From: Takakia lepidozioides
Lineage: Eukaryota; Plantae; Bryophyta
Assembly: GCA_030704615.1 (NCBI GenBank)
Contig: CM060733.1
Location: forward strand, 63,178,001-63,242,000
Length of the DNA: 64,000 nucleotides
Direction: 5' to 3'
Shown: positions 1 through 12,700 of the stretch, piece after piece
Layout: every line of letters begins with the position of its first letter
Position numbering within the stretch: the stretch's first letter is position 1
The notes under the pieces: model-generated
What the model was told of the DNA's origin: nothing
Seen by the model: only the letters and a program-made list of their open reading frames with translations
Databases searched by the model: none
Translations under genes and position numbers: made by a program

Positions 1-502
1 AGCGGCAACGGAAAGAATGACACTTCACGGAGGAGCGCTGGATGGTCATGGAGGAGAGGAGATCAGGTGGAGAGCAAGAACGAGAGCACGGAGTAGGAGG
101 AGAGATGAACAGTAGATGCTTTACTTCATGCAAAACTGTAGTGATACTATAGGGTGGATTAGAGTCACTTGACATTGGCCTAGTACCTGATAAATCGTAA
201 TCTGAAACTTATTCGATACAAGCACACTATGTAGAGAGACATGAGTGAAGCTGTGAAATGAATGCATGATTAACTGGAACTAAGAAGATACTGAAGCAAA
301 CTGATGCTTCAGTATCAGATAAGGTAAATTGTTAACATGAAGGCAAGAAGGAATACAAAGGGGAACCACAACCATGATTCACTAGCTGCAGGTCATGACT
401 GATTGTACTGAGCGGGCTGAGTGCTTAGAGATATCCAACTCTTCTATCTTGGAGTTTTCACCTCGGATAGCGAAGGGATGGGTGAGTAAAAGCCGCTCGA
501 CA
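1..502 (+). mobile_element. Distal part of a 5' LTR-like repeat ending in ...CTCGACA; it extends beyond the window start
   Basis: Ends in CA directly before a PBS-like 18-mer. Its reverse complement recurs at ~1756-2250. Confidence 0.6.
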
Positions 503-1090
503 TTTGGCGACCATACTGGGGAACTAAGTCTTGAACAACCAGATGTGACAGGCATCTGGTGGGATCATGGTGGTTGGAGAATTAAAAAATTTGATGTGAA
601 TCAAATTCCCTGTGAAACTGAGAAGGAAAGATTGTCCAAACAATTCTTTCAGAGGTTCTTGGAATTGCCAGACGGTTGTAAAGAAAACATTCTTAAAAGA
701 GTGCATGATGCTGACCCTGAGTGGGGTCTGGAGAAGGGAATGATAAAAATTTATCAGGTGGCCTGTAGAGGAAGAGCACGTTGGTTACCAACATTGGTTT
801 ATGTGATAGCATTGCTATCCATTAAGCGAGTAGAGTTTGAAGGCTGGGAGGAAAGGAAGGTGAATGTTTATACTCATATGCATGAAGGGCTTATACTGGT
901 AAAGAATTGGATTCCAAAGGATATTCTGTGGATCAAACTCACACCAAGAACAGCTTTCCAGACTTGTTTGCCATATGGTTATATGGTAACGGAGACTTCT
1001 AATATAGCCAAGGGTGCATTGAAGCTTGAAAGAAACCCAGGCATATACGAGAGATACTACAGAAGAGAGTTTTGGTTACTGCCACATTAA
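395..1090 (+). CDS. Hypothetical TE-internal ORF (231 aa; annotated start lies inside the LTR-like repeat)
   Basis: Open frame running from the LTR-like repeat across the PBS, with no gag or pol motifs. Weak F-box-like stretch FLELPDGCKENIL. Confidence 0.35.
   Translation: MTDCTERAECLEISNSSILEFSPRIAKGWVSKSRSTFGDHTGELSLEQPDVTGIWWDHGGWRIKKFDVNQIPCETEKERLSKQFFQRFLELPDGCKENILKRVHDADPEWGLEKGMIKIYQVACRGRARWLPTLVYVIALLSIKRVEFEGWEERKVNVYTHMHEGLILVKNWIPKDILWIKLTPRTAFQTCLPYGYMVTETSNIAKGALKLERNPGIYERYYRREFWLLPH
505..522 (+). promoter_or_regulatory. Primer-binding site (tRNA-Arg type)
   Basis: TGGCGACCATACTGGGGA starts 2 nt after the CA. It resembles the plant tRNA-Arg(ACG) PBS TGGCGACTCCACTGGGGA. Confidence 0.65.
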
Positions 1091-1110
1091 AGAAATGAAA
1101 GACATGGGAC

Positions 1111-1587
1111 ATGAGTGATGAAGGAGAAGCTAGACTCACAGCAAAAAGAGAAAGTTATCTGAAAGCTAATTATCCATATCTTTGGGAGAGAGGAATAGAC
1201 ATAGGGGAATCATCTGAACCTCTCACACCATTAAGATCAGAGAGTACATCACCCATACCGGAAGAACTAGAGTTGGATGCCACTCCTCCTTTTTCTTTGC
1301 AAGAAAGATTAAGGGAATTGGTACGGGAAGAAGATCAATCACGAGGTGAAAGATCTGAGGTACATCCCTGGATAAAAGATTTGACAGAAATCTTTGATAA
1401 GAGTTGGCATGGAACACCAAAAGCAGGAATTCCAGTTTCTGAAACGGAAGGTGAAGAAGGAGGAGAGGATGTGGCAGAGCCAACGGAGAGTTCAGACTCT
1501 CCAACACCATTGCAGTTGAGTTACATGAGTGAAGAAGAAAGTTGCATGGCTGATATCAGTTGTATCTGGGACGAAGCTCACTGGTAG
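1111..1587 (+). CDS. Hypothetical acidic TE-internal ORF (158 aa)
   Basis: ATG-started, Glu/Ser-rich ORF between PBS and PPT; no recognisable domain. Confidence 0.35.
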   Translation: MSDEGEARLTAKRESYLKANYPYLWERGIDIGESSEPLTPLRSESTSPIPEELELDATPPFSLQERLRELVREEDQSRGERSEVHPWIKDLTEIFDKSWHGTPKAGIPVSETEGEEGGEDVAEPTESSDSPTPLQLSYMSEEESCMADISCIWDEAHW

Positions 1588-1727
1588 GGGGGAAGAATCG
1601 CCCTGAGGGAGTCACTGCAGAACAAGTGGAGTGTGTTAGGTCAGAAGTAAGCCAAGGGGGATGACTAACATAAAGGAGAGATAACCTTGGGGGTTGTAGA
1701 CATAAAATGACACAGGGCCATATGAAC

Positions 1728-1754
1728 GAGAGGGCAGTGGGAGGGGGGGGGGGG
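1728..1754 (+). other. Polypurine tract
   Basis: GAGAGGGCAGTGGGAG followed by a G run, immediately before the second LTR-like repeat. Confidence 0.55.
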
Positions 1755-1755
1755 T

Positions 1756-2337
1756 TGGTTGAGCGGCTTTTACTCACCCATCCCTTAGCTATCCGAGGTG
1801 GAAACTCCAAGATAGAGTTGGAAATCTCTAAGCACTCAGCCCACTCAGAACAATTAGTCATGACCTACAACTAGTGTATCATGGGGGTGCTTTCTTATAT
1901 CTAATCCTTCTTACATTCATGTTTAGTAAGTTACCTTACTGCCTAGGTTTAAGTATCAGATTGCATCTGCAATCTACCATGTTCCATCTACTTGAGCATT
2001 CCACAGCTTCACTCAGATCTCTCTACACAATATGAGTATGAAATAGGAATCATATTAATATCTATCATGTATCAGGCCGAAGCATGGTGTCTCTATTCTG
2101 CCTATAGTACACATCTACAGCTTGCATGTATCAAGCATCATCAGGTCGTCTCTCATCCTCCGTGTGTTCTCCATCCCTGTGCTCCAAGATTGTGCTCCCA
2201 GCAGTGATCCTAGAAGTGCCCCCCTCCATGTAGATACTCTGCATAATGTATCTGCAAGCTGTTCTAACCGCTTAACTAACTAACTAACTGCCAGCCAAGA
2301 TAGTACGTAAGTACTGTTGTTCTTTTTGTTGTTGACA
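1756..2337. mobile_element. Second LTR-like repeat, inverted relative to 1-502
   Basis: 1757-1882 is a close reverse complement of 373-502, and weaker similarity extends to ~2200-2270. A (TAAC)n tract and TTGACA at 2337 mark a possible end. Confidence 0.55.
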
Positions 2338-2379
2338 TTCCGCACACACGTTCCCTGCCAGTGACAACCGCTCCTTGTG

Positions 2380-2572
2380 TCAAGTTGTGACCTGTATGAT
2401 GTTGTGACGGGCTGTGCCAAGCTGTGTTGGGCTGTGACTGGCTGTGCCGGACTGTGACTGTGTCAGACTATGACGTGTAGTGCTGTGACAGACTGTGTCG
2501 GGCTGTGACTGTACCTGGCTGTGACTAACTGTGACAGGTTGTGATAGGCTGTGTAAGCATGTGACTGCCACT
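2380..2572. repeat. Degenerate (GCTGTGACT/GTGAC)-type minisatellite
   Basis: Many short ctgtgac/ctgtgcc units. Confidence 0.6.
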
Positions 2573-2635
2573 CCTAAGGCCTGTGTCTATCACCCCTAAG
2601 GCCTGTGTTGGTCTGAGTCTACCACACCTTAAGGC

Positions 2636-5600
2636 GTGCGCAAAATTAAGCTAGACCACTACTGCCAAGTCCCCAATTATGTGTCTGCCCCAATTATTGC
2701 ACAGATTATCTATGATTCTGGCCTGCTTAGTGCGCAAGAACGCAAGGTCATGGGGGTGTTTGAGGCAGGCACTACTACAGTTGAAGAGCAAGGATCCTCA
2801 CAAGGTGAAGGAGGACTAGAAAGGCAGCACCAATCCGAGAGACAGAAGAGGGGAGAAACCATAGTGGCGGATCCACTTGCAACAATGACCCCTCACGATG
2901 ATGTTTCCATAGCTCCTGCACAAGATGGGGTGCAGCAACACAATGAGCTGGCATTACTGGAAGCACAACCATTAGAGAGGGAGGAAGAAGTCACTTTGGT
3001 ACCTCGGCCAACATAGCAAGCTGACCACGTTGCCCTAAGTGGTAACTCAGACTGGTCTTACTATTACACCAGAGCCTCCTACTTCAGAAAGAGAGGGATT
3101 GGACATCCCCACTACGGAGCAAGTAGTGGCAGAAAATTGAGAAGGGAGATCTTCTCTATGAAAACTCTGGTCTGGTCGGAGACTCAATGGTACCAAACAT
3201 ACCAAGTTTGCCCAAGGATATCCTTGATGTGCAGGTTATGCCCAAACCTGTGATAGAGGTTGAAGTGGTACAGGGCAAGGGTACTGCAGCACCTGTGGTA
3301 GATGAGGTTGCTCAAGTACAAGATCCTATGGGTACATGGCCTGAATGGTTTGTGAAACACCAAACTGTTGAGAATCAGGAAGAACAACCGCAGGTTTTCC
3401 ATAAAGACCCACAGCAAGCCATGGTTATGGGTTCCAGAAGCAGGACTCTTAACCTGTTGGGCACCTATTTCAAGACTCATGTTCCTTCCACTCAGTTGGC
3501 AGCATTGGGGGAGGAGCTCAAACAAGAGTTTGAGGCCAGAATGGTCACTAAGTGTGCAAACAAAGTGGATGTGGAGGCCATCCTCAAGTTGTAACAAGAC
3601 TTGGAAGACTCTAAAGCTGCCCTGCAGTTTGAGAAAGAAAATTTAATCAGGGCAGGTCATGAGCAGGAGAAGTTACATGAGGTACATAAGCAACAGCTAT
3701 ACCTGATGTAAGTTTAGCATGAAGGGAGTTTACAAGAAGAGAAACTGCTTAATTCTGGATTAGAAGCATCCAATCAGAAACTGCTCATGTAGTGTGCCAC
3801 ACTAACGACTAATCTGGAGCTGGCTGCGACGAAAGTCAAGAAGCAAACTGAGAGATATATATGGGCAGAGACAGAGGCAATGGACCAGAGGAAACTCATT
3901 GCTGACATGAAGGATATTCTCTATCGCAATGATAATACAATTCAACAGTTGAAACATGTTAATGTGGAGAAGGATAAGCAACTTTTGGAGTTGCAGCAAA
4001 AGATCACAATAAGGGATAATGAATATTCTGTGAGTGAAAGGGCATGGAAAGAAACCAATAACCTGTCAGCTGCTTATGCAGCTCTGGTTGAACCTCATGC
4101 GAAGTGAATTGAGAGTTTACAACAGCAGTTGGAAACATACAGGCTCAAAGAGGAGCAGAGTGTCTGTAGTGCTATGCAAGACTTGGTGGACAATCACCTC
4201 TTACAAGAGTGGTTGACACAAGGACCAGTGGAAGGAAAAATACCTAGGAAGTTGACTCAAGATGTGATGAATGATCTTAGGCTACGGGTACAGAATATTG
4301 CCACAACCACTATAGACAATGTCTATAGTCGAATAGCCGAGTTGCAGAGGATGTGGAAGGACTTCAGACTCAAGTGGATGAGTTGAGTTTCAACATTGAG
4401 AAGAGGGCATTTGTTCCAGAGGAACAGTTACTGGCTACTTATTTGCAGGCAAAGACTTTGATTTTTCAATCTTCAGCACAGGAAGTACCGGCCTTGCCAA
4501 CATCAGGAGGGACTGTGGCAACAACACAGCAGCCACTTCAGATAGTCAGTGTTGATACCATGGCACAACAACAATCAGTACCTGAGGTTTGGGGTGATGC
4601 TTCTCCACCCACTACTGCTGCTGCTCTTGAATACAGTAGAGCTATGGTTCTTCCCTTCAATCAAATTCCCATTGTTATGGATGTGGCTTGGAAAGAATTC
4701 AGTCCTCCGGAGTCTCTGGCACATTATTACCAGATCATGTGCATTTGGTTGCCATTGGCAACTCGGACCAAGGTTCTTCCAACTGATAGACCCATTGAGG
4801 ATCATCATTTTGCACGTAGTTAGGCTGAGGTAGGAACGATGTTGTAGGAATTACTTGCCTTCCAGATCATTCACAGGTTCATCTACACCAAGACCAAGGA
4901 AGTACCTAGTCTGGTCATGGGCTGTGGGATGTATTATGCTGCTTGCTTTGTTTTATGCTACCACACTGAGCAGCAGAAAATGTAGATGAGGTTCTAGACT
5001 TATTCCAATGGGGAGCATTGGACATTACCTCCAGTTCCAGATCACAAATATCTGTATGTTGTGAGGGTCATGCTTCAACGGGATCCAAAACTCCGTCTTT
5101 GGTTTTCTTTTGCTCTGGAGCACTTGGCCAAGGAGAACTTGGACTATGACCACATTTTTCCCAAGGGGCATGAGGCCAGGAAATGGCTGCAATTTTCAAA
5201 GGTGATAGGCACATCACTCTGCTATACAGATGACGAGCTGCGGAGATATACTGGTCTTGCCCGCAAGAGGTTGGCACAAGTCTTACAATATAATGTTCCA
5301 GACATGGTGGGCATACACTATATGCTGATTAAACTTCTAGTGAAGCCCAAGAAACCGAAAGACCAGAGGGGGGTAGTGATTCTAATACCACTCATTCTTT
5401 GGAGGGCAATTTTGACATGGCTGAGGATTATGAGAGAGCAATGGAGGAGAAGAAACGATGAGGATCTCCTATGCTTGAGAAATTGCCACCATATCAACCC
5501 AAGACAGGACAATTTGCTCCATCTAGTCGGCAGTCATCCCCACCAGCCAAAGACACGGCTCGGGCTCATACACAGAGCCCTCAGAGAGACTCTCACAAGC

Positions 5601-5655
5601 AAAAAGGTGCTCGCTCACAGAGGTTTGCTGATCCTAAGCAGTAAACACGGAAGGA
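2636..5655 (+). pseudogene. Disrupted long ORF of unknown, probably TE, origin with a coiled-coil middle
   Basis: Chain of same-strand ORF fragments (2636, 3187, 3880, 4129, 4353, 5061) separated by TAA/TAG stops and frameshifts; Q/E/K/L-rich heptads. Confidence 0.45.
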
Positions 5656-6622
5656 TGGCGGGGGGATGAGGGGCGGATCACATAGAACATCCATTGTTTT
5701 TGAGGTTGGATGGATGCGTAGGGGATCGATGGTTCGGGGGAGCAGCACGTGGCGGGCGATTAAGGTTCGGGGATCACTCCCGGTCCGGAAGGGGGATCAA
5801 CCCAGGTCAAGGGGAGCGACGTCATCTCGGGGGATCGCGCCGTGGATGTGACGAGGGAGCGCCACGTGCCGGCCGATGGTTGGAGGGGGATCAGTCACCG
5901 CATTGGACGGGGATCAACCGAGGGGGGGACCGCCGATGGCCCGGGGGACCGCGCCGTCGATGGGATGAGGAGATTGAGGGCGGGGGGAGCGGCACGTGGC
6001 CTGTCAGTGTCATTGGTCCTTCATCCGGCCGTCGTCCATCCCCTGTGCGGGAGCATGGCGGGGGGATGAGGGGGCGAATGACACACAACATCCATTGTTT
6101 ATGAGGTTGGATGGATGCGCAGGGGATCGATGATTTGGGGAGCAGTACGTGGCGCGCGATTAGGGTTGGGGGATCACTCCCGGTCCGGAAGGGGGACCAA
6201 GGCACGTCGGGGGAGCGGCGACGTCTCGGGGGAGCGCACCGTGGATGGGACGAGGGGATCGACAGCGGGGGGAGCGGCACGTGGCGATGGACGCATCATG
6301 GCCCCATGGCATGTGGCACATGAGGTTGGATGGCCCCATGAGATTGGATGGATGCGCAGGGGATCGACGGTTCAGGGGAGCAGCACGTGGCGCGCGATTA
6401 GGGTTGGGGGATCGAGCCAGGTCGGGGGAGCGGCGACGTCTCGGGGGAGCGCGCCGTGGATGGGATGAGGGGATCGACGGTGGGGGGAGCGCCACGTGGT
6501 GATGGACGCGTCATCGGGCCTTCATCCGGCCGTCATCCATCCCCTCCGCGGGAGGATGGCGGGGGGATGACCTACATCATCCATTTAATTGAGGTTAGAT
6601 GGATGGGGAGGGGATCGACGGT
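5655..6622. repeat. GC-rich degenerate repeat array (GGGGATCGACGG / GCACGTGGC / GAGGTTGGATGG units), probably TE-derived
   Basis: The motifs recur many times and abut the CACTA transposase fragment. Similar units occur at 7686-7795. Confidence 0.7.
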
Positions 6623-6624
6623 TT

Positions 6625-7180
6625 GCGTATGAAGTTCAGCGAAGAAGACGGGGTCCATGGTTTAAAGTCTTATGACTACCACAATCTATTGCAAGACATC
6701 GTGCCCATTGCAGTACGTGGGACATTGACTCCCGAGGTTCGTGAGACAATCTATAGATTGGGAGGCTTGTTCCAATGGATTTGCTCCAAAGAGTTGGAGG
6801 AAGCGGATTTTTCACGCATGAAGAAGGAGGCGGCGGAGGTAATGTGTATGTTGGAGATGCACCTTCCTCCCTCCTTCTTTGACATCCAAGTGCACTTGGT
6901 AGTGCACTTAGTGGAAGAGGCTTCGATCGCCGGCCCCGTTCATTCTCGGTGGATGTACGAACGTTATATGAAGCCTTTGAAAGGATTTGTAAGACAAATG
7001 GCGCACCTGGAGGGTAGCATGGTGGAGGGGTATACGTTGCAAAAAGCTATGTTCTATTGCACGGAGTACATGGCAAGGGTGGATGAGGAAGCCCCTCAGA
7101 TGTGGAAGGAAGAGGAGGATGCACGAACCAATGACATCGTTTTGCCCAAAAAATCGAAGAAGGTAAAATTGCCGACCTAG
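6625..7180 (+). mobile_element. CACTA/En-Spm TnpD transposase fragment (DUF4218 region)
   Basis: Motifs GLKSYDYH, PPSFFDIQVHLVVHL, GPVHSRWMY-ERYMKPLK and EGSMVEGY. Confidence 0.9.
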
Positions 7181-9748
7181 CAGTGAATTTGATGAGTTCC
7201 TCTTCAGTAAGCTTCTGGGAGGGTAGCTTTCCACGAGCAGCCTTGGTGACACCTTTGGGCTGCCCTCCTGCTTGCTGGCGTGCTAATAAACCTTCATCAA
7301 AGTGCACCTGCCATGGACATCTGATTCCTTTCAAGTTCTCTTCTAGCGTGAATTGTACTCATGAGATTTTTTGTTTTAGCCTTGTGGCCCTATACCCAGC
7401 AGTTCAAGGGAACAGAGCTCTCAATTGAAAGCAGGGGGAGACTAAGAGGAAGGAAAATTATTACACCCCACGGGAAGTCTGAGAGCCTGTCAAACGAAAG
7501 AGAATTACAAAGAATGCTCAAATCACTGCGTGGTCCCAAGTTCAAGGTGTTGGACACTATCGATGGTTGCAGGGACCTGTAAATCATTTGAGTCAAGAAC
7601 GCAGAGCCAAATACTTGGCAAGTACCATTCGCCGGATTTTGGATTTTCTCCGGCTCTAAGCAAGTCCAAGATTTTACCGCTCCTCGAGCGCCACGTGGCT
7701 GGAGATGGGGGTGGGGGATCACTCCGGCACTAGACGGGGGATCAACCCAGTGAGGGGATCCATAGCGGGGTGCCGCCACGTGGCTGGAGATGGGGCGGTG
7801 GTGTGGGGCGCTGCGTGGCCAGCGGTGGGGCGGGGGCGAGCGGGCGGGTGAGGGGGGGGGCGGGACCGGGCGGGCGGAGGGGGTCGGGTGGGGGGTGGGG
7901 ATGATTTGACATGGGGCGTCCAGCTCGCCGACGAGGCTGCCGGAGCGGGGTTCCGGCTGTACTCGCGGGCCGTACCTGTCAGATCACACGCTTGCAATAA
8001 AATCAAGCCACATCCATATTGGGACCGGTATTTGAGTGCTAGGCTATAGGCCACCTGGCATCCCAAAGTAATACGACGCCCTAAATGCCGCTTTTGTTGC
8101 TTTGCATTTTCACACTCTTCCCATCTACACTTCAAATCTTCTTACACTTGAATGTTTCGTGAGTGGTAGGACGTGTTTGCGTGTTGCATAACTTTTTCAC
8201 AATAATAGATAAACGACTTGTCTTGATAATCTGACGATGAGTAGAACATGTTGTGGAAAAGAACTTTGGAGAAATGAAATCCAGAACTCCTCATCATTTT
8301 CTTCGTGAATTTGGATCCGTCAGGTTTAGATTGCTGTCGACTTGTAAGCAAGATGGTGGTGATCACAGAGTGACATTCGTGGCTGCGTGTGTTATCTTGG
8401 ACAGATCCCTTCACAATTGCTGATTGTAACTCCCGAGTATTTTCATTTTCCCGTCACTCATGGAGGTGACCTACTGAAGCCTGTTTTCCGTCACCCTTGT
8501 ATGCAAAGTTATGCGTTTTAGAGGCGCTAACGAGTACTAGCGTCAAGCTGGAGTTGTTTTCCAGCTGCGTCTTCAGTGTATTCGTTTCCCGCTAGACCAG
8601 CACCTCAATCACACCCAGCATTTTGACAGATTATATTTTCTGCGTATATTCTAAGCCTCCCTCCCACCATTCCTCTTGGTTTTCATACATGTATGGCGAG
8701 TAAGCTTCCTGTAGTGTCCTCTTAGCAGCGTCGTCGAGCCGCTGTAGTATTTCTCTGTCATTGTATCTACACTCTCACCTAGATTCTTTCTCTCTCAGTA
8801 CATAAACAATCGAAAGCAAGAGATCCAAGCCAGCATCCTCTATCCTCTTTACTCTTAACAGTGTCCCCTCGCTCTGAAGGAGGATCAGCAGTTTCAGAGC
8901 ATCTATAAACTTCCGCTTTCATTCTCAACTTACCCTGTCTCTGATTCGCAAGTTAACCTCTCGGCAGTTATAAGGAATTTCTTCACAACAGTTTTCCTCG
9001 CTGTATGGTGTTGTTTTCCTGCCGTGCACCTTATCTCATCTTCACCTCAGTGTCTCCGTCTCTTCGTAGAACTCAGTATTTCAAAGGCTTGAGTTTTCAC
9101 GACTTCCATCCGTGCTCCCTGTGCAGTGTCCTTCTGCAAAAAGGTTTGTAACAACTTCCTCTACCTTGTGTCTACATTCTCCCGTTGTCGTATTTATCCT
9201 CAAATTTGTTCTTCTCTTTCGTTTTAACAGAGGTATACTGCAAGTGACTTCTCTGCTCTGCTTCTTTTCTCTCCTTCCCTCTCCTCCTCTCCTCATTTGT
9301 AAACGTTTTACTGTTATTTACTGCTCACCTCTGTCTTTTACTGCAGTTCTCGTTGTAGTTTTGCTCATTCTGCTTGATCCAAAAACCTAAAATCAAAGGA
9401 GAGGCATCATATTATCCCTCTCTCTCTGCACCCTAACTTCACTCTGTCTTCCCCACCTTAAAGATATGGGATATTGTTACTTTTTCCTCTGCTCTCTTTG
9501 CTTTCTGATTCTAACGAGTTTTCTTCCAGGCACCTGCCTCAAAGGTACAAAGTTTGGCGCGATGTCAGGAATATGGGGAATTTAGGACCACTCGACAAAT
9601 TTTCTGCTTTGCGTGGAGGGCAAGCACATCAATCAGATGGAGGTGCAGAGATTTAGCATCTGAAAGTGGGCATTTCCAGCTGGCTTCTCTGTCACTGAAT
9701 TTAATATCCAATTGAAGACAAGGAGAAGGTTGCCACTGCACAGTAAAG

Positions 9749-12700
9749 ATGATGCAGATGTTTGGATTGCGGACACCCCCCAAACCGAAAGCAGAACCAG
9801 AGCTGGAGCTGGAGCCAGAGCTGGAACAACCGGTGGTCGTTCAAAGTAGCTGGCCACAACATATACCTGACCATAGAAATGGTGCAGGGGGCCCAGCACG
9901 CCCTCTCCGACTGGTGTATTGCGATGAGAGAGGCAAGTTCAAGATGGATCCAGAAGCTGTGGCTGCCTTACAGATGGTAAAGGGGCCACTTGGTGTAGTC
10001 TCTGTTTGTGGGCGTGCACGCCAAGGCAAGAGCTTCATCTTGAATCAGGTGCGAACTTGCTTATATGTATCTCAAACTACACAGTGGCGTGTGTTTTATT
10101 CAAGATGCTAAGATTGTTGTTCTCCTCAGAGAGTGTCTCACTCCCATTTAATGTCTTCTTGACCATGCTGCTTACCTCAGCCCACACCTGCTACTGCTCT
10201 CTTTCTCTCAACAAAGAGTGACCTTAGGGAGTAAACACTTTTTGATAGACAAAACACAGTGCTCCCCACTTCCGAGTTGGCTATCTACCTTCCTCAGCTT
10301 GAAGCATCCATACCTAGCATTATCTTGGCATCGAGAAGAACCAACAGTAGAGTTTGCACAAAAGTTCATAAGCCCCGAACATAGCTGCCAGACAAGGTTG
10401 GACATATGGACGCATAGACCAGGAATGTCATAGTTTCTGCAGAAGGATCCTGTCTTCATCGAATCCTCTTGTTTCTAGGACAGGCTCTAAGTAACTGCAA
10501 CACTCTAGACATTTTTGGTCTTCCTCTCAATCTAGCCATGTGGCCCTTGATTGCATTGGAGGAGTTAGTATTGCCATTGGAAGGTGTACTATAAATGTCA
10601 CTAGGGTCAGCCAGGTAGACCCTCAATGTTCAAGTGCTTGTCTCTATGTGCTTCCAGTGAAGTCAAGGGTTAATTTGAGCAGAAAGTCACTGCTAGGCAT
10701 GATCATGTTGATGTCTGATGAATATGTAGCCCTAATAAGTTTAAGCCTGAATTTTTTCATTTGAATTCCAGTTAGCCCTGAGGGAGAGCAGGTCAGCCCT
10801 CCAGGCAACTAATTGTTGACAAGTTGGGAAGATACATTCCTGACTTATGTGTCTGGTTTCCCTCACCATTGCACATGCTGGTGCTGGACACTCAAGCCCA
10901 CCATGGTACGAGTCAAGGCTTAAGTTGGCAAATTGGCTTCCTGTGGTTCTGTGACACAATGATCACTAGGTGTCCAATTAATCATGTAAGAACCTTGATT
11001 TGTATTGAGTTTTGTTCATGAACTTCTTTATTTTTGGTATTGAATCAACCCCCAATCCTTGGATGAAGTTCATTCCAGCCAGTAACGCATGTCTAGAAGG
11101 TAAAACCTTAATTTTATATTTCTTCCACTTTTTTGGGAGTAAAGATAAGGGGTGTTTGTGGATCTGTACTTCAGTTAGGAGCCACATTTCTAACACAACA
11201 GGGACATCGGTTCGGAGGGGATGGCAGCTGCTCGGGCGGAGTAGTGGCTTCCAGGTTGCGCCCACTCACAGGCCTTGCACCAAAGGCCTTTGGATGTGGA
11301 GTACTCCATTGAAACGCACAGCTACAGATGGCAGTGAATACAATCTAGTGCTACTTGACAGTGAGGGCATTGATGCCTATGATCAAACTGTAATCTCTCT
11401 CTCTTCTCATTCCTGTTTGAAACGAGTTTTTCAGATTTTAAAATTTCTGTACATACAGCTTGTTCACCTGGCTTGTGTGTGTTGCGTATTGGATTCAGTC
11501 ATTGTATGGAGTACGTGTGATTGAGTTGAGACACAACTCATGTGTGTTGGGCTACAGGGCACATACAGTACCCAAATATTTTCCCTCGCTGTTCTTTTGT
11601 CAAGTATGTTTGTATATAACCAGGTGTGTTCTCCCATCTTTCAACTTGTGCCATTTCATATTCTTTATGATGTCATATGAAAGCATTAGCTGTTTTTAAG
11701 TGAGGGCTCTTTCAGCAGTTTGTTGGAAGTTGAAGAACGGATTAAAGATGGCTTGAAATGATTACAAGAGTATACTTGGATTGACCACCTCCCATGGACC
11801 ACCTTGTTTTCTATTGTCCAATTTGATGGTGTACACTTTCTGTTTTTCTATTGGTGGTTTGCAGATGGGGGGCATTGATGAGGCAGCATTAGATAAGTTG
11901 TCACTGGTGACAGAGATGACCAAGCATATCCGTGTGCGAGCTTCCTCGCCACAAGGCCAGACAGCTTCTGAAATTGGACAATTTTCTCCTCTCTTTCTTT
12001 GGCTGCTCCGGGTGAGTGAATGCAAGCATTGGTGCCTCTGACAAGCTTTTATTTGCAAGCTTCCCCAAAACTCTTTATTTGCAGTAGGTCTAGTAAGGGG
12101 AAGGTTGACACTGGAGAATGCTCAGTTTGTGGAATATTGGATGTTACCAAAATTTAATGCTTTTGCCTGCCTGTGTATTTGGGTGCAGGACTTCTACTTA
12201 GACCTCAGTGAAGATGGAGCTAAGATAACCCCAAGGGATTATCTAGAGTCTGCACTTCAACCAATTCCTGGAACTGGAAGGGCTATTTCTGCCAAGAATG
12301 AGGTCTCTTGCTTGGCGTTTAGCACCCACTTCTTCCTCTTTTCACCTGTCTTTCAGTAAGTTGACCTAGCGGGACAACAAGACCTTCAGGCTGGTTCTGG
12401 GGTGTATTGGCTCATCATATTAGCTGTGTGGGTTTTGGGGAGGGAATCTGGAAGGTCAGATCAATTTTCATTATAGTAGTCCCACTATTGGGTCGACCCT
12501 TTCCTGATCGTCACAGCACTTACTCTGACTCATTCTTCCCTCTCTCCCCACAGGTCTGGTCCTTCCAGACTGGATACCAAATCTCCTGCCAAAAGTGAGT
12601 ATATCTCTGTAGCTGGTGGGGGTGAAACCTCAACAGTCTACAAGTACATTTCGCTGTCTAGCTGTTTCTGATGCAAGTGGAGACTCAGCATGAAAAGCTA

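Noticed and set aside
5666-6502. Many overlapping Gly/Arg/Pro-rich ORFs
   Set aside because: They are artefacts of stop-poor, GC-rich repeats.
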